From: Octopus vulgaris
Lineage: Eukaryota
Assembly: GCA_951406725.2 (NCBI GenBank)
Contig: OX597825.1
Span: 69,316,001 to 69,380,000, forward strand
DNA length: 64,000 nucleotides
Direction of reading: 5' to 3'
Part shown: positions 1 through 14,342 of the stretch, piece after piece
Layout: each line of letters begins with the position of its first letter
Position numbering within the stretch: position 1 is the first letter of the stretch
Program-made: the position numbers and the translations under genes
Notes under the pieces: generated by a model
Seen by the model: the letters and a program-made list of their open reading frames with translations, nothing else
What the model was told of the DNA's origin: nothing
Databases searched by the model: none

Positions 1-44
1 ATATATATGTACACATACACACACACTCACATACACACACACAC

Positions 45-76
<32 letters not shown>

Positions 77-1797
77 TCAAAACCTTTAAAATATATTGTA
101 TTTTTTGCTTGAATTAATTAATGAATTAAATGAATCTAACGTGAACCGAAATTAATCTAACCTTAATTAATAATATCAAAACGCTTTTCGCTCAAGTGTG
201 ATTATATCAAACAAAACTTTGCTTCTTTTTTATTTGTATTTCATCATCATGCAGAGTCGGTTGAATCCCACACTGCCCTAACTAACAAGTTTTATTAAGC
301 TTTTCTTTCAATCTGGCAAAATTAATTTTCTTTCACAATTCAGATAAGCTCTTACGAAGGGAGAGCCTTGTATGAAAAATAATATCTGTTTTTTTTTTTT
401 CTGTTAACACAAGAAAAAATACAGCTAAAAAACCACCCCTTGTGTATGAAAATTTCGTTTGCATTAAATCTAATCCACTTTTTATAACATGTTATACTTG
501 ATGCATTGAAAATCTTTCTTCAGAAACAAGGAAAGTGATATTTTGTGGCAGAGACAATAGCTTCAATAGAAGCAATCAGCAAGCGGATCTAGCAAGGCAT
601 ATCAGTAACGAAATAAAAATAGAAGTGGAAGGACTTAATTTTCATTGGTTTAGATACAAATTAGTTTTGCTAAATCTGCAGCCCACAGCAAAGTAAATTC
701 GTTTATATTCATAATCATTTCCCCCTCTCACCCTTCTGATTAATACACACTTAAGACTAGAGCTCTTGCATCGCTGTTTACACTTTTCACGATTAACACT
801 GTTATCTATTTAGCTTATCTTCACTGCGAAGCTTAAGAAGGAGACATTCATCTCTAGAACTAATGAATTGAATCAAAGATGAGAGCTATCTTAATTAACT
901 ATTTTAAAATTCAAATTAATTTAAACCACCAAATAAAATTTTAAATGGGCGACGTTTGTAAGTGACGTGCACATGTGATGTATCATAGTAACATTGTTTA
1001 GTGATCGTATTTGTTTTGCCTCTCATATCAGTTTACAATGATCTCATTCAGATTCTCTAGTCTATAGATGGTAAATACATGAATTGTATTTCTGCTTTAA
1101 AAGATTTATCGTGCATAGAGTTTTTGATTATGTTTTATATAGTTTAAATAGTAAATAGTCTAGAAAATAAATGGGGATGTACCCCGAGGTGTGACATGAT
1201 AGAAAATATCATTCAAATTCATCTCAAATCACATCTAGAGCTTAGAAACTATTCGCAGCCAATATAAGTCAATATAAGCCAATATACTTTCGTTAATTGT
1301 TTTAGATAACTATGTACTCGCAAGAAGACAGAATCTCTCACACACCTCTCAGGCTTGACCCAGCAGAACGTCCACAATGGGGCATTCGTTGAGAGAGTGC
1401 TGTCATAGCAATGATTTTCAGCTATTTCAATGGCTAGCGTGAAAATAAAGTGCCACTATGCTCAAGGTAAAATCGCGACACCCGATCCAAAAATCGAAAG
1501 CCCGAACTTAAAACTAACACCTTATACAAAAGGTAAGGTCACATGTTTTCACACGCTACCATCTTAAAACGAAAGGTAAGACGCTTTGTTATGTGTAGTC
1601 CCAGATGAATTCTACTATCAAAATATACATAGCTGATCCAAAATGTAAAGCTTTACATCACGTTAGTGAAGTAAATAAACATTGAATAAGAACTAAACAA
1701 TACAATGACGGCAAAGCCAACGACAGCAACGTGGATCATGATATCAATAACAACAGTCGCAAACTGTATATGTTTGCTGGCGTATCATTATATTACC

Positions 1798-2029
1798 TAT
1801 TTCTTTACTACCCACAAGGGGCTAAACACAGAGAGGACAAACAAGGACAGACAAACGAATTAAGTCGATTATATCAACCCCAGTGCGTAACTGGTACTTA
1901 ATTTATCGACCCCGAAAGGATGAAAGGCAAAGTCGACCTCGGCGGAATTTGAACTCAGAACGTAACGGCAGACGAAATACGGCTACGCATTTCGCCCGGC
2001 GTGCAAACATTTCTGCCAGCTCGCCTCCT
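1798..2029 (-). mobile_element. tRNA-derived SINE, family A, full length
   Basis: Matches the other family-A copies (ggcagaa..gttagcacgccgggcgaaatgc...gagttcaaattccgccgaggtcgactttgcctttcatcc...aataaagaaa). Exact 15-bp TSD tatcattatattacc at 1783-1797 and 2030-2044. Confidence 0.93.
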
Positions 2030-2574
2030 TATCATTATATTACCGTTTGAGTTTATACATTATATTACCGTTTGAGTATATACATTTTATATGTACCCTC
2101 TATACTAGAGATATTTCGAGGTGCAATTGACAAATTGTTCTATTGTACACGAATTTAGCACGATTTTGACCAAGATTATTAACACAACATTGCTCTACTA
2201 ACATTAACCTTTCCTCAATATACTGCATCAAACTTCGAGTAAATGCTATTTCCAACACTTTCGAACCCTATATAAATTTATAAAAGGAAGATTTATTTCA
2301 CTCCAACTTAATAACAAGGGCAGCAGAAAGAAAATACAAGAGTTGTAAATTCTTGTAATTTATGAAAAGCTTCGTGTACGAAATACCAACATTGGTTTAA
2401 AAGTCGAACGTTATTCAATTCTCTCAGGTAATCTAAACATAGAACTATATCCATGGAAGCATTTCATGCTAATGTATAATTTGTTTTACCCATCTTCCAG
2501 GATTGAAATAAATTCATATTAGATAGAATTTTCTGCTTTCAATTGCTTCGTAGAAACACGTACCGTAGTACAAA

Positions 2575-2647
<73 letters not shown>

Positions 2648-2978
2648 CATAGAATAGTATTTCTCATAGGAAAATAGGAACGTGCTTATCATTTGTAATA
2701 TATTTGTATTCCTTGACGTAGATGGAAAAGTTATGTAATTGAAAGGGGAAATGCGGTGAATAATACCCTGTAATGCACTGTGTAGAACATTCATCATATT
2801 CAATAATGCAGACAGTTCGAGCATGGTTGCGGCTTGGCTTCAAAACATTAGCTTGAACCAGTATAAAGGGAAAATATACGCAGATAATAACATCAATTTG
2901 TAAGGGTTTGGCTTGAAATATTTGTTTAGAACTTTGCAGAATTCTAAGTACATATACATAGATATTTTCGTGTGTGTG

Positions 2979-3018
<40 letters not shown>

Positions 3019-3080
3019 TACATACATACATACATAAATTTATGTATATACAGCCTATATACACACACACATATATATAT

Positions 3081-3245
3081 ATTCTCTTTTTATTATCTCT
3101 CCTTGTTTCTTTCTGTGTTCCTTTCTGTGGAAGAGCGTAGGCTCGAAATGTTAAAGACTTTTTCACTTCCCGAGCGTTAAACTAATGCATCTGTTTATTG
3201 TCTACACCACCAGTCTTCGTCTTTTGTTTCTTTGTGAATTCTCCC
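3081..3245 (+). mobile_element. Short PLE-terminus-like repeat with degenerate minimal hammerhead, flanked by (TA)n
   Basis: Homologous to 40357-40520 (minus). Contains cttt-CTGTGGA-A-GAGC-gtag-GCTC-GAAA-tgtt-aaag at 3121-3156. Confidence 0.6.
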
Positions 3246-3326
3246 TATATATATATATATATATACGTATATAATATATATATAGAGAGAGATAGAGAGA
3301 GATAAATAGTAGATAGACAGACAGAC

Positions 3327-3388
<62 letters not shown>

Positions 3389-4157
3389 GTAGATAGATAG
3401 ACCGATGAGTAAATATAAGAATATATGCACTTGAATCTTCCTTAGATTAAAAATACTGCTGTGTATACATATCTATTATGTATATACAAAAGTAAAAAAA
3501 ATGTGTATATACAAAAGTAAAATTTATAAATTGGAGGTATGACATTGAGGACATCGTCTTCAGTCAGATAGGAAATGATCAAAAGGAAACGCTTGTAACG
3601 AAGGGCTTTCACAGTTTCTGTTTACTAAATTCGCTCACAGGGCATTGATGAGTAGACGTTGCTATACAGCGTCTACTATACAGCTGCTATCAATATTGAA
3701 ATATTAAAAAAAAAACAAGACTGCCAAAGCTGAAATGTTTTGAGTGAAATATATTCACAGCTTAATGGCAACTCATCGAACTGTTAGTTCTTCACATCTC
3801 TCCAATTTTGTTTCAAGTGCTACTGAATTTACTCCTTGTTATTATATGTAGTTCTTTCATTTCTTGCTTTCTATATTTATTTTTATGTTTTCGTCATCGA
3901 AGGCCCTCATGTTATACACGAATGATTTATGGAAATGTGCTTGACAAAAGCAATATTTTAACGGAGAATACAATTTGAATAGATCGTTTATTTATTTATC
4001 TATTTATTTAGTTTCTGTTTTTTTAAATTGTGTTATTGATACTCAAAGACATGCACAAAACAATTCCAACGAACCTCTTCGATACTCAGCTTCTCGATAC
4101 TTGCAAACCACTCATCTTGTTTGGAAAATACCATATGTAAACATCAACGATGTCAAT

Positions 4158-4164
4158 AACAACA

Positions 4165-4208
<44 letters not shown>

Positions 4209-4230
4209 CACATCCACCACCACCACCACC

Positions 4231-4273
<43 letters not shown>

Positions 4274-4435
4274 TTATGCCATCAGCTCTATCACCACCTC
4301 CTCCAATACCACCACCATCATCACTACTGCCACTACTGTTACTATCATCATCAACATTACTACTGTCACCAGTACCACATCTATTGGTACCACCACCACT
4401 ACAACCACCACCACTACCACCACCACAACCACCAG

Positions 4436-4473
<38 letters not shown>

Positions 4474-4589
4474 TACTACTATTATTACTACTACTACTAT
4501 TATGCCATCAGCTCTATCACCACCTCCTCCAATACCACCACCACATCCACCACTACAACCACCACCACTACCACCACCACAACCACCAG

Positions 4590-4630
<41 letters not shown>

Positions 4631-4880
4631 CACTACTACTATTATTACTACTACTGCTATTATGCCATCAGCTCTATCACCACCTCCTCCAATACCACCA
4701 CCATCATCACTACTGCCACTACTGTTACTATCACCATCAACATTACTACTGTCACCAGTACCACATCTATTAGTACCACCACCATTACCACCACTACAAC
4801 CACCAGACTACTACTACTACTACTACGACGACGACGACGACTACTACTACTACTACTAGTAATAATAATAATAAACAATA
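4158..4880. repeat. Compound (TAC)n/(CAC)n trinucleotide repeat with higher-order duplicated spacer
   Basis: Spacer tattatgccatcagctctatcaccacctcctccaataccaccac recurs at about 4272, 4499 and 4658 between triplet runs. Confidence 0.95.
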
Positions 4881-5080
4881 ATAAGAAGAACCAGAATAAT
4901 TCAGGAAAGTATTACATAGGAGAAAAGAACAGGTAGCATTATACCATAGGCTGCAGGTAGCAACCCCGCTCCGTGTGCAAGGTTCCAGGAGTTCCGATAA
5001 AACCTCTGATAAACGTAAATAATAATGCCATTAACAACTCTAATACTACTACCATTGTTACAACTATCACCACCACATTA

Positions 5081-5134
<54 letters not shown>

Positions 5135-5539
5135 ACTACTACTACTACTACTACTACTACAACAGCAACAACAACAAACAACAACATAAAGAACCATACC
5201 AGTAACCTATAATTTCCATAACAACTACACCCACTATCATCTTCAAAGTCGGAAATAACAAGAGAAATATGATAAAGTTACCAAAATAACAGTAATTAAA
5301 TATCGATTTAATGAACCTTCTTCTAATTATGATTTTTGAAAAAAAATTTTAATCCAACTGTTAATCCGTTGAAATGAAGAAATCTCTCATATGCAATGTT
5401 GACATATTACCTCATCATAAAATGCATTTTCTTTCTAAGTTACAAGGTTTAAATGCAGTTTTAGAAAGACGAATTAATTCAAATACATAGTTATCGATAG
5501 TATGTTCATGCAATAAAAATAATTTCTGACACTCATATA

Positions 5540-5935
5540 TTTATATATAAAAGTGAAGTTGTGTGTCTGTCTCCTACGATTTAGATTCCTAACTACTCCC
5601 ACATTTTGCGGTGCAGTTTAACCAAAACCGGGTATCTTATAGTCGTGATTCATATCGAGCCCTTCTGGGTATTAGCGCGCGTCAACGATGAGTCTACGAT
5701 TAAAAAAAAAAATTTACCATAATTTTTTCCATTTTAATGCATTTTTTCGCTATTATATAAGGGAAGTAACTCTCTAAAAATGTCTACGATGAGTCAACGA
5801 TTTAAAAAAAAATTTACCATCATTTTTTTTCCATTTTCAATGCATTTTTTTGCTATTTTTTGGCTATAACTCTCTAAAAATGCTTATATAGTTATTTCCC
5901 TTACAAACCCGAGCAACGCCGGGCAATACTGCTAG
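5540..5935 (+). mobile_element. Non-autonomous Helitron
   Basis: 5' T(C>T)TATATATAAAA start, 3' hairpin cccgagcaacgccggg then CTAG, inserted between A (5539) and T (5936) with no TSD. Internal ~100-bp tandem duplication at 5681-5882. Confidence 0.85.
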
Positions 5936-6236
5936 TATTTATATAAAGAGATAAATAGCGGGAACGCACAGTGGACTAATCCGACGTTAACGTCTCCCCA
6001 ACTGTCTGTTCTCTTTCTCTCTCTGTTTAGTCCCTTCTTTCTCAGAGAATGGAAAAAAAACACAACAGGAGGAAACACTTGGCTACAAGAGTCGCTGAAG
6101 AGGTTATAACGTGTGACAAACGATTTCCAGACAATGGACGGACGATAAAATAGCAACCATGATAAACGAGTGAAGAACGAATATACAGCGCGTGTGTTTA
6201 ATTGGCAAGAAAAAAAAAAGGCCTTTCCGAACACAC

Positions 6237-6282
<46 letters not shown>

Positions 6283-6340
6283 GTTTAAATATTTGTTGTG
6301 CAAATTTAAACTGGCAATATGACCATTCCGAAATATAACA

Positions 6341-6383
<43 letters not shown>

Positions 6384-6392
6384 GTATATATT

Positions 6393-6630
6393 TACTCGTT
6401 TATTGCCCACAGGGGGATATACATAGAGGGAACAAATAAGGATTGAGTCGATTACATGGACCCCAGCGCGTAACTGATACTTATTTAATCGACACCCCGA
6501 AAGGATGAAAGGCAAAGTCGACCTCGGCGGAATTTGAACTCAGAACGTAGCGGCAGACGAAATGCCGCTAAGCATTTCGCCTGGTGTGCTAACGTTCCAG
6601 CCAGCTCGCCAGCTCGCCAGCTCGCCAGCT
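6393..6630 (-). mobile_element. SINE family A
   Basis: Reverse complement of the family-A body; the 5' end carries a tandem ccagctcg x3-4. Confidence 0.88.
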
Positions 6631-6640
6631 CAATTCCTGA

Positions 6641-6864
6641 CAATGCTTTGTGTCCTTGAGCAAGACACTTTATTTCACGTTTCTCTAGTTCACTCAACTA
6701 GCAGAAATGAGTAGTATCTGTATGTCAAAGGGCCAGCCTTGTCACACTCTGTATTACACTGAATTTCTCTGAGAACTACGTTAAGGGTAGACGTCACGTG
6801 CTTGATCCCGTTAAATTCACGAGCAGACTATTCCCTTGATCGGATCAACTGGAATTCTCGTCGA
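6641..6864 (+). mobile_element. SINE family C, 5'-truncated
   Basis: cttgagcaagacactttatttcacg...aagggccagccttgtcacactctg...gaactacgttaagggt; 3' part matches the reverse complement of 63057-63240. Confidence 0.8.
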
Positions 6865-6987
6865 TATTTGATCCTACAATTATGTATATGTTTTCCTTCA
6901 TGTGAGTCAGCTACTACGTTGGAGCATTTTAGCTCCTATTTCTAACAACGTAAGTACCTTATAACCCCCTAGTCACACTTAGTGACA

Positions 6988-7024
<37 letters not shown>

Positions 7025-7025
7025 A

Positions 7026-7056
<31 letters not shown>

Positions 7057-8413
7057 GCATGGATATATGTGTACACACATGCAGTATTAATTCCAATACA
7101 CTGCCGTCTCGAATATTATGTGATCAGAATATGTATTTTCTGGATACTTATACATGAAAATCAATGATTTATTCCATCTTCTTGTCGAATATAATGCTGT
7201 ATCACCCTATTTTGAACATATTTTGCATTTATTTTCATATATTATACACCTTACAGAGTTTTATATATACATACATACAAACACATATATATATATATAC
7301 AGGTAGATTTTCAATGAATTTTTTCTCGTGTTTAAGGAAAAAGCTGATATTATATTTCATACAAGGTTATGTATGTGTGCCTGTATGTGTGTGTGTACGT
7401 GTGTGCCTCTGTGTGTGCGCACGCGCGTGTATACTCACGTGTGCGCTACACACATACACACTTAGAAAAAAAAACTGCCTGATTTAAGACAACATTAATA
7501 TCCGCCGCAGGCGATGAAAACTAGCCAATACATATTAGGCTTTAGTCCACGAATACTTAGAATTTGATAAACCGTCATCTTAGATTAGGTATATGCCAAT
7601 AAGATCGATTCGGCTTTCTGAACTGAATACCAAGATTTATATAATTGCTGTGATAATACGGCTCTGGCTGACATTTCACCATCATGATGTTAAGATGACA
7701 CGAAATGTCAAATCGACAGAATTATATCGTTTCGCGATAGGATTAGGCTGAACAGGAAATAAAATTGATTTCTTACATTGGCACAAGGCCTCGAGAGTTT
7801 TTAGCGTAAACTATTAATCAAAAGAAATCAGGTCTTTATGATTTCATACACAGATATAAAGAGGGGGAGAGAGAGAGAAGGCGGAAAAGAGAACGAAGGA
7901 AAGAGAGAAAGAGTGAGAGAGAGAGAGAGAAAGAAAGACGAGATAATGTTTTACTAAAACGTATGAACATATGTTATGAATCATCTTGGAAAATGCTTTG
8001 TGTGTAGACGTGGAAAATTTATATATTTCATGTCTTTATACATACACTATTAAAACTCACAACCACACTCACATTCACACACAAACACGCACATGTATAC
8101 TGTATATTAGTATGCATATATAGATATATACATATACGTAGGCATACATGTATATATATATATATATATATCTATATGCAAATGTATGTATTAATATGTA
8201 TATATATATATATGAATGTATTTGTATGAATATACAAATATAAGCATATGTATGACTATATATAAATATATATTTATATATATATATATATATATAAATA
8301 TATATTTATATATATATGCACAAGAATATAGGTGCGTGAATCTTAGTAAGCGTTTTTGATGGTTTTCGCCTTCAATAAACCTCTATGTAATATATGCATA
8401 CGCACATACATAC

Positions 8414-8810
8414 GGGGTCGATAAATTAAGTACCAGTTACGCACTGGGAATGATGTAATCGACTTAATCCCTCTGTCTGCCCTTGTTTGTTCTCTCTATG
8501 TTTAGCCCCTTGTGGGCAATAAAGAAATAAAAATCGTTAGAATGCCAGGCTTTGCTTTTCATCATCGCGAGGACGATGAAATAAGTAACAGTTACACACT
8601 GGTGTCGATGTAATCGACTAGCCCCCTCCCCCACAGTTTCAGGCCTTGTGCCTATAGTAGAAAGCATTATTAGCAGCAACAGAAGCGGCAGGAATGACAC
8701 TACGCCAGTCGCATTGCTTAGCAGCATTTCGTCTGCCTTTAAGTTCTTAGCTCACATGCCTTGACTTTCATCCTTTCGGGGTCGATAAATTTCAGGCCTT
8801 GTGCTTATAG
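8414..8810. mobile_element. Cluster of SINE A fragments in alternating orientation
   Basis: 3' half on + at 8414-8530, variant on - at about 8560-8665, degenerate + copy at about 8700-8810. Confidence 0.75.
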
Positions 8811-9915
8811 TAAAATCGAGTAGCATTATTATTGATAGTCGTAGTAGAAGTAGTAATAGTAACACTAGTATCAGTAATAGTGGGAAAAAAGCAGTTAATA
8901 TAACAGTAACAGCAGGAGTGGTGGTGACGGAATAGTAGTAGCAATTTTTGAGGTAGAATACATTTAGTAATAGTAGAGTGGTCAGTTGGAGTATTAATAA
9001 TAGTCGCAGTAACATTTGTATCAACAATAATAAATACAACAACGGTAGCAGTAGTTATACACTTTATTTCATTTCATTTGCCATAGAGGCAGTACAAAAA
9101 TGGGTAGCTTTGCGGTCTGGACAAGACATTAATGAGGTTAATGATAATAATAAGGATGAGAGAAGACAGAAAGCGCCCGCCGACCCTCTGCTTCTCTATA
9201 ATATTATTCTTTTAAAAAGACACATCTTGAGGTAATAACCCTCTTACAATTTACAATATTTTACAATTATTTGGACTAAGAAGTCCATTACAACTTAGAA
9301 TCCTCCCGGGGCGGGGGGGTGATTTGATGTATGAAGTAGTTATATACTTGTTTCTGTTGCTGCTATTGCTGCCTTGTATATTATTGCATCGTTAGCGTGT
9401 TTTGCATAATATCGTTGGCAGCATCTAATAACCAATGTCCTTCTAATGAGATTATCTCTATCTATGCCAGATTTACACTACTGGGAAAATTAATGGAAGT
9501 AACTAAATGCCTGGACATTTAATCCGGCAAAGCTACATTTCCAACTATTTAACACTCTCATATAATAATCTCAGGAATTATGTTTTACTGTTTTCGATGA
9601 TTGGACAAGGGCCATTCTGAGGCCCTTCGTTCGGGAATTTTTTTTTTTGCATCGATTACATTGACTTTTGCATGTATTTCATTCTGGTATTTAATTTATT
9701 TTATCAATCATTTTTGTCGATCCGTTACGTTAGGCTTCTTTCTTCTACGTAAAGTCTGAACGAGCGACACCAGTTTAAACACATGAGCAGAATACAAAGA
9801 CTAACATTTGTGCATAAAAGAATGGTAATGCATACACACATTTACATACATATATATGAATACATACATACGCAGATATATGTAAATGTGTGCGTGTGTG
9901 TATGTGTGTATATGT

Positions 9916-9952
<37 letters not shown>

Positions 9953-10036
9953 CTGCAGCGTGTTCTCGCAACTGCATTGGTGAAATGCCCAAAAGAATAT
10001 TACGTATATCTATGTGTGTGTGTGTGTTTATACATA

Positions 10037-10294
10037 AGAAAATAAATGCGGCCTTTTAAAGCCTAGCCAGGCTCATGGGCCCGGTTTACCGGTTTCTATG
10101 GCGTATGTGTTCCCCTGCTGGACGGGACGCCAGTCCATCGCAGCGTAACTCATTTTTGCCAGCTGAGTGGACTGGAACAACGTGAAATGAAGTGCTTTGC
10201 TCAACAACACAACGCGTCGCCCAGTCCAGGAATCGAAACCACAATCTTACGATCATGATGCTGACACCCTAACCACTAAGCCACGTTCCTCCAC
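10037..10294 (-). mobile_element. tRNA-derived SINE, family D
   Basis: Minus-strand head gtggaggaacgTGGCTTAGTGGttaggg...GTTTCGATTcc (A and B boxes), CORE-like central block. Imperfect TSD gtgt(t/g)tatacata. Confidence 0.85.
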
Positions 10295-10644
10295 GTGTGT
10301 ATACATACCTATAGTTATATGTGCATAAATGATGTGAGATTTCAACAAGTATTAAAAGCACTCGAACAGTTAAGGTAATGATAATAATCATTAAAATAAT
10401 GTTATGATAAAAACTACAAATCTTGATCTATATGGCTACCCAGGGTTTAACAAGATTTATGGTTTTCACTATAACATTATATGCTTACATAGAAATATAT
10501 ATACATAAATACACACAAACACACATTATCTATAGCTTGATAATTTATTGGAAGAAGTAGAAAGCATCTCGTCAAAAATTGAAATAAATATTTTATTTAA
10601 GGAAGCTAAGAGTCAGACACCATTACACACACGATAAAATTCCA

Positions 10645-10985
10645 GGCGCAAAAGTGGCTGTGTGGTAAGTAGCTTGTTTACCAACCACATGGTTCCGGGT
10701 TCAGTCCCACTGCGTGGCACCTTGGGCAAGTGTCTTCTGCTATAGCCTCGGGCCGACCAAAGCCTTGTGAGTGGATTTGGTAGACGGAAACTGAAACTGA
10801 AAGAAGCCCATCGATGTTGGTTTGTTTATGTCCCCGTTACTTAGCGGTTCGGCAAAAAGACACCGATAGGATAAGTACTAGGCTTACAAAAAGAATAAAT
10901 CCCGGGGTCGAGTTGCTCGATTAAAGTCTGTGCTCCAGCATGGCCGCAGTCAAATGACTGAAACAAGTAAAAGAGTAAAAGAGAG
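10645..10985 (+). mobile_element. tRNA-derived SINE, family B
   Basis: ggcgca..gtggctgtgtggtaag...ggttcagtcccactgcgtggcaccttgggcaagtg...tgctccagcatggccgcagtcaaatgactgaaacaagtaaaag; lacks the internal microsatellite seen in other copies. Confidence 0.9.
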
Positions 10986-11846
10986 AGTATATTAAGAATT
11001 AATTTCTTTCATATTTTAAGAAAGAGGAAATATCTAGTTTGTCCGCCGATATTCCAAATGAATGTAGGAATTGCTATCGTGAATGTTTTCCGATATTCTG
11101 AATATTTCTATCAAAATATGCAAAACTTGCCAACATGATTCAACTAGTTAACCTTTCGTGCAAAAAGATTAATGTTTGTTACTCGTGTTCCAATATTTGT
11201 GGAATGGTCTTTTTCCGTTTATGCCCTTTTTTTCTATTAGTTTCGGTTGCCACAATTCCTTCTGGATGATTAAATGTTTAAATATCGGAGACGAACTATT
11301 GTTAATATGATAAAAACAGTTTTTGGTGGAGAAGAAAAAGAACATCTATACTACATTACAATCGATTTGATCTCTGATCGTTATTGAATATCAATCTGAA
11401 AAAATATAGCGTACATGTAAATAAAAAAAAAAGGCTCCTCCTAAAAACGGTGTTAATGGACTGAAAAATTATACTTGTATTAAGGAATTCAATCTATATC
11501 ACTCGGCTAGAATTTATGTATATAACAATTTAAACAAATGTTTCTTTAACTATATAATAAAAGCTATACAACGTTAATATTATTTTGAAGACAATTGACT
11601 AAGCTATTGGCATACTCTATTGTAGACAGTCTTTATTATATTTATTTAATTCGCGAAAAAATTGACTGCGGGAAAATAGTGTAAGTTTAGGAGAGTTTTA
11701 TCGTTTATATATATATTTATTTTCACGTAACAGAAATGTGCTTATAATTAAATTTGAAATGTCCCACTAAATGAAGCACAGTAGTTGCTCCAGGATGCGG
11801 TTGATATATATGTATGTATGTGTATGTGTTTGTGTATGTATATACA

Positions 11847-12047
11847 GTGGCGCTCCGTCGGTTACGACGACGAGGGTTCCGGTTAAACCGATAAACGGAA
11901 CAGCTTTTTCGTGAAATTAACGTGTAAGTGGTTGAGCACTCTACAGGTACGTGTACCCTAAATACAGTTCTCGGGTAGATTCAGCGTGACACAGAGTGTG
12001 ACAAGGCTGGTTTTTTGAAATACAGGTACAACAGAAAGAGGAAGAAA
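11847..12047 (-). mobile_element. SINE family C, 3' portion
   Basis: Closely matches 63057-63260. Confidence 0.88.
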
Positions 12048-12614
12048 TATTACGTCTTCAATGTCATTCCATAGTAAATTCTACGTCAACCGATCGCTAC
12101 TTACTTATCCTTTAGACATAGTTGGAATATTTTTATCCTCAGTATTCGAAATAACCTTGGGATTTCTACTGGTTGTTGGTATTCACTTAATTGCCAAACA
12201 ACTAGGCTTTTGAGATCCCAACGTAAATACCCGGAAACAATTTAATAAAGCTCAAATTTAAATTAATAAACGAGCCACCTTCAACAATGATTTGCAAATT
12301 TTGGCATCAGGCCGGACATTTTGAGGCTGAGCGGATAGATTGAAATTTCATAATCTTTTTAAGCTGAAGGTATTAATTTCGAAGTCGTTTCTGCTAGAAT
12401 TCAAATGCTGTAATTGTTAAAATGGGTCTAGTATAAATACTGTTATTGGTACTAGAAACAATTTAAAGACTATGCTAACAGTTTAGAAGGCTATGATTAC
12501 CTAACGTAGAAGAATTAGTTATAAATTTTCTAAATCGGAGAAATTTAAGCAAAGTGATATTAAGCAGAAGGCCATTTAGATTCTATTATTACTAAACTCG
12601 GTATCATGACACTT

Positions 12615-12853
12615 TCTACTTTTTATCTTTTAATTGTTTCAGTCATTGGAATGCGACCCTGCTATGTCACCACCTTGAAGGATTTTTAGCGGAAAAAAAT
12701 CTAACCCGGTACTCAGTTTTTAAAGTCTGATGTTTTGCCGAACCGCTAATTTATAGGGACGTAAACAAACCACCACAGGTTGTCATGGTTTAGGTGACAG
12801 ACACGCACGCATACACACCCAGCCACTCACATACGTACAGACACACACACACA

Positions 12854-12908
<55 letters not shown>

Positions 12909-13245
12909 GAGAGAATACTAATCCAAACTTACAGGGAAAAATTCAATTTAGAAATACTAAATCAAATTTCACAAAATATATACGTGTTATTTATTATTTT
13001 ACACATTACTTAATCATCGTTATATGTTTTATCGTATATTTAATCTCTCAATAATATGTAATTTTTCTAAATGGTATAATTTAATTTTTCATTATTGAAT
13101 TGATAAAAAGTGTTCTTTTTTCTAATTTATATATATGACGGACTTCTTAAGGTTTTGGCCGGTTGTGGTAAATAGTAAAAGAGACTTGCTCAAAATGCTA
13201 TGAAGTAAGATCGGAACTGAGAACATGTGCTTAAGAAGCACGCAG
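12615..13245 (-). mobile_element. Diverged SINE family B with an insertion in its internal (TA)n
   Basis: 3' part 12615-12850 and 5' part 13135-13245 flank (TA)n plus a ~230-bp AT-rich insert at 12905-13130. Confidence 0.7.
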
Positions 13246-13994
13246 TGAAACTTTTGAGTTGTATGATTGTTAAAAGTACAACTCCACTTTAAAGATCATT
13301 CTCACTGACTGTGAATAAACGAAATACTATGATTACTTAGAGAACAAGTGCACTAATGGTTTAATTGTTCGACTCATGATCAAAAGGTTAAGTAGCTCTC
13401 CCCCAACCAGATTTCGTGTTTTGTCATTGATTTCTTCTCCTCTGCTGTAATGTGTTCCAAACGAGGCCTGGTTCAGTACAGTGACCTTCCATCTGTGACA
13501 TCCCGAAGAAGCCTAATGGGTGTCTGTATGCGCTCGCGATTACACAGGCTTCTAGAACAATCAGTAAAAGCATGGTTCCTATTAGCAAGCCATTTTCTCT
13601 TGTGAGCTACGGCTAGCTGTACATTTAAAATTGCACGATTTCTAAAAGGGATTTTATTTTATTTTTATTTTAATGACGAAGATGGCGTAAGGAACAATTT
13701 AACTAATACATTGCTGGTTTCGTAAAAATTTCAAATAATATGACTGTTAACTAGGACAATTTAAAGGGAATAATTGCTAAATTGTAACATTTTAAAACAT
13801 CTTCAATACTAAAATACCATTAAAGGTAACTAATTGAAATATAGAAATATAATTGCTAAAGAGTAGAAGAGAATCATAGGTCTGTGTTGCTAAATGGAAA
13901 TTATTTAATTAATTCCATTGTTCATTAGTAGCAATTGAAATGCAGTTATTGTTGAACAGTTGGAAACTGGGAATCAATTTGAAGTTTGTTTTCT

Positions 13995-14269
13995 ATGCTT
14001 TATCTTTCGTTAGTTTCACTCATTTGAATACTGCCATGCTGGGGCACTGCCATCTAGGGTTTAGTCGAGTAGATCAGTCTTTTAAATCCGAACCGTTAAG
14101 TTGCGGGTACCTTAACAAATCGACACTAGTTGTCAAAGTGTGAACAAACACAAATACACGGTTCTTCACACAGATACATAGGTACATGTATACGTGTAAA
14201 TACACATACACCCATAAACATAAAAATCGTGCGAGTGGATATGGTAGATGAAAACAGAAAGAAGCCCGT

Positions 14270-14342
<73 letters not shown>

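Noticed and set aside
3975-4936. Long ORFs (294, 207 and 144 aa) resembling mucin/extensin
   Set aside because: All frames are open because TAC/CAC repeats lack stops; homopolymer runs and no domain or splice evidence.
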